Source: Octopus sinensis (taxonomy: Eukaryota). Taken from it: 64,000 nt of DNA. The stretch lies in NCBI RefSeq assembly GCF_006345805.1, contig NC_043015.1, positions 49,910,001-49,974,000 of the forward strand, given 5' to 3'. The position numbers and the translations under genes are program-made. The notes under the pieces are model-generated. The model saw only the letters and a list, made by a program, of their open reading frames with translations, had not been told where the DNA came from and did no database searches. The stretch's first letter is position 1, and the number at the start of each line of letters is the position of its first letter. Positions 36,527 to 49,617 of the stretch are shown piece by piece.

Positions 36527-38259
36527 CTACAAAAGAAGACAGTTATACACAATAACAACAATGGCTTCTTTCTGGCATTTTACAATGGAAGAAATAAAAT
36601 TGCAGGCAAAAATTAAAGTTCCTCAGTGAAAATATGTTTTTTCCCATTTCAATGAGTCAACACGAACGCTTCTATTCACAGTTTCATGTCTTCAATAGCT
36701 ACTTCCCCATCACAACTGCCAATCATACAACACATCCACTTCACATTTGCCTCTTCCACTTCTCGTAATTACAGTCACATGCTTATCACTGTTTGTCTCG
36801 TCAACCTGCCATCTGTCCTCAACAGTTGAATGTACTCTGCTCTAAGTATGCAATAATAATTGTAATTAACAAACTTAGGAAAGAAGCCTGAATAAGTATT
36901 TTTTTTTTGTCTGTTGCTGAAATGATGACGACAAAGAAGAACGTTGGTGTTGTTGTCGTCATCACCATCATCATCATCGGTTAACATCCATCTTCCGTGC
37001 TGGGAAGGGGTGGATGGTTTGACAGGATCCAACAAACTGGAGGACTGCGTCGAACTCCGGTGTCTGCTGTAGCATGGTCTCTACAACTGGATACTTTTAC
37101 TAATCTAATGCCAACCACTTTATAGAACATACTGGGTGCTTTTTCTTGAGGCGAGGGACACAAGCATTAGTGAGACCATCAAGTAACTTGCAAGGCAAAA
37201 AAAAAAAAAAGAATCTCTCACAACTAACTGGGGTTGAAGTAGAGTGGAGGGTGGTTTTATGCTAGCAGTTGAGAGGGTAAGGTAAGATAGAGGGACAAGT
37301 ATACTTGTCTTGTTATAGAAGAGGTACATAGCTACTCAACAATATATAAGAATGGGTTGGAGCAACTGGACAGAGAATGAAGATGTTGGTGACAGGGTGC
37401 TAGAGTATACACTCAAGCTACAAGAAAGTGAGTATAAGAGAGAATACGGACCAAGGATGAGGAAGGATTGATGGATAAGTTCATTGGAGTGAGAGAGGAG
37501 AGTGACAGATGAAAGCTGTAGACAGATCACAGAAAATAGGGAGGTAATGTGCGGAGTGAGAACAGCGGGAGAGACAAGTTGGAGAACATAGTTACTATAC
37601 TCTCTCAAAATAACTGATTTACTATTTTAAGACATTACAAACTAAATATATTCATTATATTGCTCAGGGAGTATCTTACACTATATATGTATATATGAGT
37701 GTGTGGTTTACTGTTCTATTAAGGGAGGATCAACAAAAAAAAAGTACTCCATCCAATCAGAGATAAATTGGTGCCATGTAAAAAGCAACCATACTAGTGC
37801 TGCATAAAAGCACCCAGTACACTCTGTAAAGTGGCTAGTGTTAAGAAAGGGCATCCAGCCATAGAAACCAAGCCAAAAGAGACTTGGAGCCTTGGGTAGC
37901 TGGTCAGCTTCTGTCAAACCGTCCAACCCATGCTAGCATGGAAAATGGACATTAAATGATGATGTATTAAAATAAGAGCTACTATTTGTTTCTTAATATT
38001 GAGACATGAGGTTGGGCTGATTTTTAGAACGTGCTGTGTCTCTAAGCAATCTTCAGGTTCTGGGCACATGGTTCGTTCTATTTGCAAACCATTCGGAGTG
38101 TCATGATGAATCTCTTCGAGAACTACATCAAGGGTGTGCATGTCTGTAGGGGTGCTCAAGCACATGCAAATTAACTCCATGAGCAGACCGTTCTGTTGGT
38201 TGAATCAATTGGAATACTCATCGCAACTGACTGAGTATCCAGCAACTTATACATATATA

Positions 38260-38425
38260 GGCGCAGGAGTGGCTGTGTGGTAAGTAGCTTGCTAACCAAC
38301 CACATGGTTCCGGGTTCAGTCCCACTGCGTGGCATCTTGGGCAAGTATCTTCTGCTATAGCCCCGGGCCGACCAATGCCTTGTGAGTGGATTTGGTAGAC
38401 GGAAACTGAAAGAAGCTTGTCGTAA

Positions 38426-38494
<69 letters not shown>

Positions 38495-38710
38495 ATGTGT
38501 GTGTTTGTGCGTGTGTTTGTCCCCCTAGCATTGCTTGACAACCGATGCTGGTGTGTTTACGTCCCCGTTACTTATCGGTTCGGCAAAAGAGACTGATAGA
38601 ATAAGTACTGGGCTTACAAAGAATAAGTCCCGGGGTCGATTTGCTCGACTAAAGGCGGTGCTCCAGCATGGCCGCAGTCAAATGACTGAAACAAGTAAAA
38701 GAGTAAAAGA
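38260..38710 (+). mobile_element. Well-preserved tRNA-derived SINE, family A (reference copy)
   Basis: GGCGCAGGAGTGGCTGTGTGGTAAG (A box), GGGTTCAGTCCC (B box), internal (TA)n(TG)n, tail GACTGAAACAAGTAAAAGAGTAAAAGAG; CpGs mostly retained. Confidence 0.9.
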
Positions 38711-39654
38711 GATATATACTCTCTCTAAAGACTACCATCTCTTCATGTGACACACACACCGAGTGGATTTATTGTTTTATTTCCGTATTCTTATTAAATT
38801 TTTTTAAATGTTGTTCTAGTTGCAGTATGTTTTCAGAAAGCTTCTGCATTGTGTTCTGATATGATTAATTAAATATACTTTCAGAGATAAAACTACTCCA
38901 ACTACAACAGAAAACAAATGCTTCTTTCATTACAAACTCTTCTTTCATATTAACTGTAACATTATTTATGCTTATTTTTTCTCCATATATATATATATAT
39001 ATATATAGATATATATATATATATCACATTATATATAGAGAGCAATGAACTTGAGAGAATACCATGCTATTATAACAATGTGGTGTGCCAAAGCCATCAC
39101 ATGGTTTGCAATACATCAAAAGAGTCAAACATCAAAAGAGTGGTTGTTTCCAAAAGGTTGGTGTCATTCTGTTTATTTTTTTTAATATAATTAATATTTT
39201 TATTTTAAGAAAATCTTTCTTCACATATTGTTACAGTATCAAATAATTTTGCAAAAACTTGTATAAATATATATATTTATAGGTTTGATGATGCAAGTGA
39301 GGAAAATAAATAAAAACCGTGTGTGTGTTTGTGTATGTGTGTGAGAAGACAACCCATCAAGTTGAGCAAAATTGCAGTCATGGCAGATACCGGTGTCACA
39401 CAAATTGGCACCTGTGCTGGTGGCACGTAAATGCACCCCGGTGTCATACAAATGGCACCTGATTAACTATAATCTGCTGAACTAGTTGTTTATCCTGGTT
39501 TCTGTGGTATAAAGTAAATGAGAAACATTAAAATGCCTACCTAGTGTAAGAAGCTTTTGATCTGAGCAATTCTGAATTTAACATAGCCAGACAAGCCACT
39601 CATAAATTCTGAAGTGGCCAGCTGTTTCTAACCAGCAATACAAATTTACAATAA

Positions 39655-39900
39655 ATGAGCCACGGAAAAAGCACTGGTGATGGTGCCAGGGAAAACGCAC
39701 TGATGATGGTGCCAAGGAAAAACCACTTGTGATGGTGCCATGGATATGGCACTGATGATGGTGGTATGGAAAAAGCATTGGTGATGTAGTCACAGAAAAA
39801 AAGCAGCCAATACACTCCGTAAAGTTGTTGGCATTAGGAAGGCCATCCATTCTAACATGAAAAAATGGATGTAAAACCAACAGTAATGAGGAGGATGATG
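39655..39900 (+). repeat. RTE-type 3' UTR with ~27-bp tandem array
   Basis: About five GCACTGGTGATGGTGCCANGGAAAA units then TTGGCATTAGGAAGGCCATCC. Confidence 0.7.
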
Positions 39901-39934
39901 AGGTTATAATCACAAACAGAATACATATTCTTTT

Positions 39935-40320
39935 ATTCTTTTATTTGCTTCAGTCATTTATCTGTGACCATGCTGGAGCACCACCTTAGAGGGGCTTTTA
40001 CGACCCCAGGACTTATTCTTTGTAAACCAAGTACTTATTCTATCGGTCTCTTTTGCCGAACCGCTAAGGTACGGGGATGTAAACAGACCAGCATCAGTTG
40101 TCAAGCAACGGTAGGGGGACAAACAGAGACACATACACACACACATAAATATATACACGATGGGTTTTTTCAGTTTCCATCTACCAAATCCACTCACAAG
40201 GCTTTGGTTGTCTCTACAGCCTAGGGACAACCAAAGCCTTGTGAGAGGATTTGAAGGTGCTATGCAGTGGGACTGAACCCAGAACCATGTGGTTGTGAAG
40301 CAAGCTTCTTACCACACAGT
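39935..40320 (-). mobile_element. Family A SINE carrying an internal inverted duplication
   Basis: Standard family A sequence except for the 40185-40253 palindrome. Confidence 0.85.
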
Positions 40321-40432
40321 ATGAAACAAAGTCTGTATTAGTATTAATTCCAGGAAATACATCAATAATATTGATTAACTTTACAATCATTAAGTAAAAA
40401 AACAAATGATGAATCCAAACAAGATTTTTCAC

Positions 40433-40561
40433 CTTTTCGGAAAATTCACACTGATTATGTGTACGAGCGACAAGAGCTATCCACAAAGTGGCATTATCTA
40501 TTCGGGGTGGTGGATCCACAGAAGAGCAGCCATCGGAAGGTACAACGTAGATAAGGCGACC
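40433..40561 (-). CDS. RNF13: RNF13-like coding exon 3 (PA domain)
   Basis: GRLIYVVPSDGCSSVDPPPRIDNATLWIALVARTHNQCEFSEK; both PA-domain Cys and an N-A-T sequon; ttgcag acceptor, GTGAAA donor; 129 nt. Confidence 0.93.
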
Positions 40562-41384
40562 CTGCAAAACCAAAGACAAACATTGTGTTAATTATGTTTT
40601 AAAATTAGCGGAACAACAAATGGAAAGTGGACATTGCATTAATGCTATTGCAAGCATGAATAACCCTTGACATTTCATTTCTGGAACATAAACTTCAAAG
40701 ACAGATTTACTGTCAAAAAGATTTTCAAAACACGTGTCTACTTTAATAAATATCTTTCTATCTTTTACATGTTTCAGTCATTGGACTGTAGCCATGCTGG
40801 AGCACTGCCTTGAAGAAATTTTAGTCAAATGAATCAACTCCAGTTTTGTAAGCCTGGTACTTATTCTATCAGTTACTTTTGCTGAACTGCTAAGTTATGG
40901 GGACGTGAGCACCAATACTAGTTGTCAGTCGATGGTGGGGTACAAACACAGACACAAATAAATATATACGAGGGGTGTTCATTAAAGATCTCCCCTGACC
41001 CACTTCCCTAGGACTGGGATAAACAAAACTTAGCATAAGTATGTCCTTCTCTACATGGCTCCCTACATGATGGCAAGTGTTAAAGAAGTCTTAGTGTCCC
41101 AGACCAGGTGGGACAACTCTGGTGTGAGTTGTATCACCTGGTCGAGGACACAGTGTCCCTTAACAGTCAGCATCATGTAAGGAGCATTCCTTGGACGCTA
41201 TCCTGCAGTAAATGGATGTTTAAACAAAATACATACACTATGCATGTGCAACTGATTAATATATATATCTATATATTCCTTGTTTAATGACTTTAGGGTG
41301 TAATCGGACATGATAAAACTGGTCTTATCATGTTAAATTGCACTCAAATTTATTAAACATGACTTTACATGAATATATTTTCTT

Positions 41385-42152
41385 CAGTGCTGCTTCATGT
41401 GATGTAAATGGATGAGAGAAGCTGTCTAAAGAAGTGGCAAATGCTTAACAAGGAAGGAGCCTGGGGAAGAGGGAAACCCAGTAAGACAAGGAATGAAGTG
41501 ATGAAAACTGATCTCAAAATGTTGAAGCTCTCAAAGGAACTGAGAGGGGAACCAAGACAAGTAGCAACATGCTGTACTTAAGAAGGCCTGACCATCTCAG
41601 CAAAAATGAGGTCCTGTCTAACCCTCTCCCACAGCTTATCTACTAACACCCAGTCTTCTATCAATCTTCTGTGTACTACTCACTCAGGTGCTGTAAATAA
41701 TACCCCTCCACCTACACTTCAGATCGTATCCCAGCCACTGAACCTTGTCACCTTACCACTCCTGTTTCCTTGCTTTGCTTCCTCTCATCTTTTCTGTACC
41801 TCTATTCTTTTCTCTCTTTCATATTCACCTTGTACCCAAACTTCACATCTCTCTTCCGTGCTCTCTTTCACTTTTCAGATGATTAACGCCAATAAATTCA
41901 CCTTGTCCCCTCGAGCATACTTTCATATCCCTCAACATGATATCTGACTCAGCTGAAAGTTTGTGACCTCATGATTGCTGGTGCCCATGAGAAAAAGCAG
42001 CCAGTACAATCTGGCAAGAGACTGGCATTAGGAAGGGCATCCAAATGTAGAAGCTATGCCAAAGGAGACAGTGGAGCCTGGCACAGCACTCTGGCTCAGC
42101 AGTTCATGAAGAACTGTTCAACCCATACAGGGAAAGGAATGTTAAATGATGC
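41385..42152 (+). mobile_element. 5'-truncated RTE LINE (degenerate)
   Basis: HVM*MDERSCLKKWQMLNKEGAWGRGKPSKTRNEVMKTDLKML, then pyrimidine-rich UTR and GGCATTAGGAAGGGCATCC...GTTAAATGATG tail. Confidence 0.75.
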
Positions 42153-42169
42153 TGAATTTTATATATATC

Positions 42170-42528
42170 TTTTATCATTTGCTTGTTTCAGTCATTAGAC
42201 TGCGGCCATGCTGGAACACTGCCTTGGGGAATTTTAGTTGAACGAATCAACCCGAATACTTTATTATTTTTTTTCAAGCCTGGAACTTGTTCTATCAATC
42301 TATTTTGCCAAACTGTTAAGTTATGGGGACATAGACACGCCAACACTGGTTGGAAAGTGGTGGTGGTGGACAAATGCATGCACACACGATGGGCTTCTTT
42401 CAGTTTCCGTCTACGAAATCTACTCGTAAAGTTTTGGTCGGCCCAAGGCTATAGTGGAAGACACTTGCCCAAGATGTCCTGCAATGAGACTGAACCTGGA
42501 ACCATGTGGTTGGGAAGCAAACTTCTTA
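42170..42528 (-). mobile_element. tRNA-derived SINE, family A
   Basis: Reverse-complement match to the reference copy. Confidence 0.8.
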
Positions 42529-42934
42529 TATTATTTTACCCTAGAAATTATTAAGCAACAGATGACAATTAGAAAATTTACTGTCTTCAAGAACCTAATT
42601 CTGGTGAATTGTAGCTGTCATGGGGGATGGTTAAATTCATGGCTCTTGCCTTGTAATAGAAAAAGAATTATTCCATTATGAGATAAAAGCTTTCAATTAA
42701 CAAACACTTCTGAGGTAACCTACATTTATAAGCATTTTTTTTAAGTACTCATAGATAGGAGAACTTGAAGAGCAGTGGAGCAATAAAAAAAACTATTATC
42801 AGTAAGTGGCGATCCCATCTAGAACTACAATGTGCTTATGTGTAATTGTTTTTAAAATGCAGAAGAGTGTAATTTGAGGGAAATTTGGCTGTTTTTTCTA
42901 GCAGATTTAAAAAGCATACAGAAGATCCACACAC

Positions 42935-43575
42935 TTCCAAGTTCAGTCCCACTGCATGACAACTTGGGTAAGGGTCCTTTACTATATCCCTGGGCCAACC
43001 AAAATTTGTGAGGGGATTTGGCAGGTGGAAACTGGAAGAAGCCCGTCATGTGCATACATTGTGTGTATGTGTGTGTGTGAGAGAAAGAATATGAATATGT
43101 TTGTGTCTTCTTGTCTTGACATCATGTGGTAGTTGTGAAATGGTCGTCGGTCATACAAACAGTCATTCATTTCCAATATTTTGGGCACATGGAATATGTT
43201 TGCTCACATGGAAATATTAGCTTGCTTGGAAACAGGTGAGAGTTGGTGACAGTAAAAGCGTGTCTGACTGGAAAATCTACCTTAATAAACTCCATCTCAC
43301 CCATGCCAGCATGGAAAGAAAAAAAAGGGACATTAAGCAATTATGACCATGAATTAACCATTTATTTTTCAGTTCCGACATAGAACTCAGCCACAAATTG
43401 CACAGGGTCATGGTAAACATATCTGGTCATTGGGAAACATTACACTGCTTGGAAACAGGTGAGGGTTAACAACAGGAAGGGCATCCGGTCATAAAAAGAA
43501 CAATGTCTGCCTCAATTAATTTTGTCTGACCAATGCATGCATGGTGAAATGGACATGAAAATAACGATGATGTTG
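42935..43575 (+). mobile_element. SINE with family A head and duplicated RTE-like tail
   Basis: GTTCAGTCCCACTGC head; GCTTGGAAACAGGTGAG...CCATGC.AGCATGG module occurs twice. Confidence 0.7.
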
Positions 43576-44429
43576 AAAGATGTACTCATTTCTCCAGCTT
43601 CCTCCACTCCCTCGCAATCTTTTCCACATCCAACTACCATGATACAAGATATTGCCTTCTACATTTCAATCATGACAAGCTTTGCATAAAAACTCATTTC
43701 TCCAAAACATAGACTGACCTAAATAGAGCACAAGTTGTTGCGTGTCCAGTAAGTTGATCTCTCAAATGTGAGTGCGTGGTGTAATGATTACATCACAACC
43801 AGTTTTAATGCAAGTGTGGTAGGTCTACTTGTCAACCTGTCATTTAAAAAAATACTGAGTTTTTAGTTGGTTTATTTGTTTGTTTGTTTCCTTCTTTATT
43901 TGTCCTTTTATTCTTTTATCCAATGTTCGTAAATCAAAGCATATGACTAACCCTTCCATTACCATATTTCTGTTGAAATACAGTGTCCTTGTTTCAATTA
44001 ATTTCGAAAATTATGAAGATTTAATAAAAAAAATAACTTTGTCAGTGTTAATCTGGTGTTTGTTTGGAACATAAATTAACATGAAATTTCGAAGAAAGGC
44101 TTTAACATAGATCACTTCAACCTTTCTGTTAGCATATTTCTGTCTTTGACTAAGTAAATCTTGAAAAAAAAAAAACATAAACGTTAAGCAAAAATAACAT
44201 CATTATTAATCTGGTGTCTGGAACATAAATTAACACCAAATTTTAAAAGCTGTCATTTAGATCAACATTAACACTTTAGTGTTTAAACTGGCCATAACCG
44301 GCTGAAAATTATTCCCCTATATTTGTTTGAACCAGTCAAATCCAGCTGTATCTGATTTCTCTACGGAATCGCTAAAAAGTAAACAAATTGCATTATTGAA
44401 TTCTCATAGCTTTGAGATAATGCAAAGGT

Positions 44430-45760
44430 AAAGCCTTTCCTGCCTTTATTCAAGTAAAAATATGGTGAAATTTTTGAGACTTCTTGGTTTGTTTCCAATG
44501 TTTGAAGAGAAGTGTAGATCTTAATTTTTAATGACAGGGTGTCAGCAAGTAACGATTCTGACTTGAAAGGTTTTACTTTTGGTGATGTACAAACTATATA
44601 CGAAAACAACAGTGATTTGTCTTTGGATGAATCATATTGACATTTGTGAATTTTCGTCAGACGAGGAAGGTTTTGATAATGAAAGTGATGAAAATGATAT
44701 TGAAAACATTACAGCAACATGGGTGAAGATTACTACATCAACCAAAATTCACGATTTCACAGAAAAGACTAGTCCATAATACAGTCTACCTCCTGATGCT
44801 CAACCAATGGACTATTTTCATTTTTACCAAAAGGTTTTTTTGAAACTGTTGCGGAGGAAACATGCTCAACTCGTAATTCTATCCATGTAAGACCTGATCC
44901 ACTATGGCAGCCAACTGATACTGCGGAAATGCAAGCTTTTTTTTTACTATAAACATTATGTTTGGTATCAAGCAGCTTCCTCAACTGTGGAACTACTGGA
45001 ATCCTGGTATAACGTAATGGCAATCCATATCTCCAGCATTATGTCTAACTATAGTTAATTCATCTATTGTTTATGTAAAAAGCCACAAGGTACCTCTGCC
45101 ACCAAAGGACTACAACCAATGGAAATTTCGGGTTAACATCGCATCTCAGTTATGTGGGGGCTTTTTTCTTCTAGAAAGCACAGATCTGGGAGAAAAGCAA
45201 AATTAACTGAGGTGGATGTCAACAGAGAAAATACTGACTTCCATAAAGTGGAAAAAATAAATGGAAGGAAAAAAGTTTGCAGACTGTGTTTGCTGCAAAA
45301 CAGAAAAACTGTTAAAAGATATCAGGTCAAGACCTTGTATATGTGTTCGTATTGCAAAGTGCCCTTGTGTAATGGGTGCTTTGAGCAGTTTCACAATAGA
45401 AATATGGCATAATTATATTTCGTTGTTTGATAGTAATGCTATCATATATTCCTAGCATTTTATTACAAATAATATGTGAAAATGAGAAATACATTAATTT
45501 TCAGTATGCTACACACCTATATTCACCTTTGCCTCACCTGTTAATGAGCTATTTTTATTAGATGCATTCTGTTATGTAAATGTATTCATTAAATTGTATA
45601 AGAGTACTTAGCCAATGGTATATTGACTAGTAAAAATGTTTTGTACTTCATTTTCAATGAAAATGCTCGAATGTAATATATAGAATAAAATCTTGTACTG
45701 ATTATACCTGTATTTTAATTAATTCAAATTAATGTACCTCATCTTGAAAGGTGGCAAAAT
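44430..45760 (+). mobile_element. Internally deleted, decayed piggyBac (PGBD4-like) transposon
   Basis: Acidic N-terminus SSDEEGFDNESDEND; WQPTDTAEMQAF and IMFGIKQLP; YNQWKFRVNIASQL; C-terminal Cys-rich domain RKKVCRLC...TLYMCSYCKVPLCNGCFEQFH. Catalytic core missing; ends approximate. Confidence 0.8.
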
Positions 45761-46605
45761 TTTTGTCAGTTGCTATCTGGGATAATTTTAGTAACATATC
45801 AAACAGGTAAAATGCATTAAGAATTTTAATTTTAGTGTTTATCCATATTACAGCACAAAAGAAATCAATTTAAACTTGCTAAAATAATATTCAAAGTGGG
45901 ATATATAATCAGAAATATAATTTCAAAATGTTTGAGGTTTCGTATTGAGGATCTGATCAAAGACTTTGCAATTAAAAAAGTAGGAGAAAACTTTTCAAAT
46001 ATAATTAAGGTGGAAGAATACAAAAATAAACATTATTTTCTATTTTCCCATCTTAAGATAAATTTTGCTTCATTTTGAAAAAATAGAAATTTATTTTATG
46101 CTTCATCATTGTTTATATTTTGAATTACCTATATATGGGAGCACCAAGATCGTTTTAAGTGCTTAGGGCCTCTATGGGTCTTAATCTTGCCCTGCCACCA
46201 GCATAATAAAAATATATATCACACTCTCTCTCTCACTATCACACATACACACCAGCTTCAAACATATAAACTGATAACTATCTCATGAACCACGACCAAT
46301 TTTTTTTTCACCTGCTAGCCACAATATCTAATAAAACCGTATTAACATATATTTTAATACACAGATGACCTGCGCAATAATGTCAATGAACAGTCAGCTT
46401 CAGTACTCCTGCTAATGTCCTACTTTTCTCTCAATTAATTAGTTCCTTTATTGAGGATTTGACAGGAAAGGTCAGATCCACAGAATAGAGAACATTCTTT
46501 CAAAGTATATATTGTAAGCTTTAACCATCCAATTAAAACCACAAGGCAGCTTAGCAAACAATTTTTTTTATTTTGTCTTCTCAAGCTGAAATATCAAAAT
46601 TGTTA

Positions 46606-46799
46606 TGACTGGGTGCTGAAAAAGTTCCTGGCTTTAAGAATAGTGCAAAGGGTCAGCCTTCTCAGTTCTTTTACAGGGATAAGAAAATGTGAAGGAGTGC
46701 TGTAAGAAGTGTGTGAATCTGACAGGGAAATAAAATCATAATTAACCGATCCTCTTGTATTTTCTTTTACCCAAGCCAAGAACTTCTCAGCATCCTTCA
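46606..46799. mobile_element. Tc1/mariner-type MITE
   Basis: TA|TGACTGGGTGCTGAAAAAGTTCCTGGCTT ... AAGCCAAGAACTTCTCAGCATCCTTCA|TA: ~28-bp imperfect TIRs with TA flanks. Confidence 0.75.
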
Positions 46800-47299
46800 T
46801 ACAAACACCACCATCACCACCACTAGGACCAAAACAGAAATAACTTAATCAAAAGGTAAATAAATAAAATATTAAAAATGTACAAAAAAACCCCACAAAA
46901 ACCTACCTAATAAACAATCAGGTAAAAGGCTTTTGGTTTAATAATCATTCAAAGAATAAAATTTGCTGAATGTTTTGGTATAAAAATGTAAATTACATTT
47001 TTAAAAATTGAAAAAAATTAAAAGTTAATAATAGCATATTAAAATGGTTTTCTGTTTTTATGAGTTAGACTAAAGTGATTGATCTGACAAATGCTTGGTT
47101 TGAATACATGCAGAAGACAAAACAAGTGAGTAAGGAAGTGGAGATCTGACATGAATGCTTTCAATAGAGTGAAGCCCAATATAAATGTACACAAAGAGCA
47201 GGTAGTGTTTGTTTGTTTAAAAACCAGATTAGTCATGATTAAACAGATCCTATTTGTAGCTCCAGATGAGCTAGATTTCAAAGGGGATGTATTTTGATT

Positions 47300-47630
47300 G
47301 TGGTTATGAAGCATTGGGCAAGGAGAGATCTCCACCTGGCATGGCTGCAAGTTCAGTCACCAGCCTTCTCTCAGATTGTCCCCATATCTGTTAGGTTTTC
47401 ATCAAGTCCTCAACTAGATCTTAACAGGTCTGCTTTGACTCCTACCCATCATGGCCGTGGTTGCCAGTCAAGAGGGGGTCTCACTGGTCTCTTCATGCTT
47501 ATGTAGCACATATCTGAGCATCTTTTGCCTTCTTACAGCACAGGTATGCCCAGCTTTTTCTATTTCATTCGAGATGTGATTGCACCAAGAAGTTCTTAGT
47601 ATGTCCATAAAGGTTACTGTCTTTGGAAAA
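47300..47630 (-). mobile_element. Highly degenerate RTE-type LINE ORF C-terminus
   Basis: Minus-strand peptides LDWQP and ARWRSLLAQC across frameshifts. Confidence 0.45.
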
Positions 47631-47654
47631 TAAGTGTTCTATCAACTTTGCATT

Positions 47655-47865
47655 CATCATCATCATTGTTTAGTGTCCGCTTTCCATGCTAGCATGGGTT
47701 GGACGGTTCAACTGGGGTCTGGGAAGCCAGAAGGCTGCACCAGGCCCAGTCTGATCTGGCAGTGTTTCTATGGCTGGATGCCCTTCCTAACGTCAACCAC
47801 TCTGTGAGTGTAGTGGGTGCTTTTTACGTGCCACCGGCACGGGGGCCAGGTGAGGCTGGCAACAG
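47655..47865 (-). mobile_element. RTE LINE 3' tail
   Basis: Near-identical to 17477-17750. Confidence 0.85.
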
Positions 47866-49083
47866 CATTATTTTTTTTTTTTTCTTCTCTCCCCACCACA
47901 TCTTGCAAGAATAAATCACCATTAGCATGACAAATGATGTTTACAGGCAGACTTAGGTGTCACAGTATTGCCGAGTCTGTTCTCAACATTAGTTTCTGAG
48001 TGGCTCAACAATCTCCAGAGTTCTACCCTCCAGTCAGACATGTTGCTGCTGTGCCTCCCAAACAATCATTACTTTTGTCTTTGCATTGCAGATTCCTAAT
48101 CAACTTAAGATGTATTATTAACTTCCATATTCAATAGAGTAGGATGTGATTTGAAGGAAGTTAGTTGTTTCTGACAGTCTGAGCAACCCAGACACACTTA
48201 CATTGAGTTGCTCAGGTTCTGGTGTTAAACCTAAAGATTTGGTTAATAAGAGACCAACAGACTTAGAAGTCAAGGTATAAAGCCAAACCTTTAGGTTTAA
48301 CACCAGCATGTCAATGAAGGAGTGTCTATATGGTTGCTCAATCAATTATAAATAGCTGCCAAACTTCCCTCAATCACACCATGCCATACCTATCTAAAAC
48401 TACTCCTGGTTATATGATATAATCTTAATTAAAAACTTCCATTAGAATTTCGTGCTAATTTATGTTCTAAACACCAGCTTAATAATGATGAAGTTATATT
48501 TTAATAAATTCTTTTATGATTTTCAAAATCTAATTGAAATAAAGAATGTATTTCAAAAGAAGTGTGGATAACAAAATGGTTAATCATGAAAGTTTATGCA
48601 TATTTGAATAAAAGAAAACAAAACAAAACGAGAAGCTGGCTGGTTAAGAATCTGCAATGCAAAAACAAAAAAAAAAACGATGAATATGGGAGGGTGGGGG
48701 AGAACCACAAAGCAATAACAAGTCTCACGTTTTGAGGGCCAAACTTGAGGCTGTTCATTCATTGATGTGCTTGGGCAGTAACATGGCTAACAATGAAAAC
48801 TCAGAAACTGATGTTGCAAAGAGCCCCAACAAACCACACGACAGTTCCAGCTCCTGAACCCTATATGGTCCAACTCCTCCATCAACTATGGCACCAAATT
48901 CTACCTGTATACATCAAGTGTCCAGCACATGTCTTCCATAGATGTTGCCTTATTACCGGGTTGTGTACGTTAAAAAAATAATGATTATCTATCTTATTTC
49001 AAAGTCACAAACTAATTCAATGTTTTCAGGAAGGGTTTGTCCTCATGAAGAAGGACTGAAAAGAATAGAAAAGTTCAACCTAC

Positions 49084-49167
49084 TCTGATCCCCTGCATTG
49101 GAATTCCTGGTCCAAAACTAGCAGGATAGTCTTCAAATGTTTTTAGAGTAGCACTGGATCTGTCTTT
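49084..49167 (-). CDS. RNF13: RNF13-like coding exon 2
   Basis: KDRSSATLKTFEDYPASFGPGIPMQGIR, matching RNF13 'TFDDLPARFG..LP..GLK'; tttttacag acceptor, GTAGG donor; 84 nt, phase 0/0. Confidence 0.92.
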
Positions 49168-49576
49168 CTGTAAAAACAAAATATTCAAGATGGAAAAAAT
49201 TTATTCACAAGGAAATTTGTTTTAATGCATAAGAACAAAATATAAAACTTGCAATGAGAGAGAGAGGGAGAAAGAGAGAGAGAGGAAAGATAGGGGGAAG
49301 AGAGAGAGGAAGAGAAAAAGAGAAAGAGAGAGGGTCTGTATGTATTTTCTCTGCAAAGTTAATTATATATGGGATACTTTTTTTTTTAATACAACCACAC
49401 ACATACACATGTTATCATCATCATCAGTCCATTTTCCATGCTAGCATGGGTTGGACGGTTTGACAGGAGCTGACAAGCCAGAGGACTGTACCAGGCTCAT
49501 CTGCTTTGAGAGAGGGGGAAGAAGAGAAGAAAGATAAAGAGGGGCAACCATGGTAAAGAGTCAGGGAGGAGAATGA

Positions 49577-49617
<41 letters not shown>

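Noticed and set aside
45152-45412. Cys-rich ORF as a standalone zinc-finger gene
   Set aside because: It is the C-terminal domain of a decayed piggyBac transposase with upstream frameshifts.
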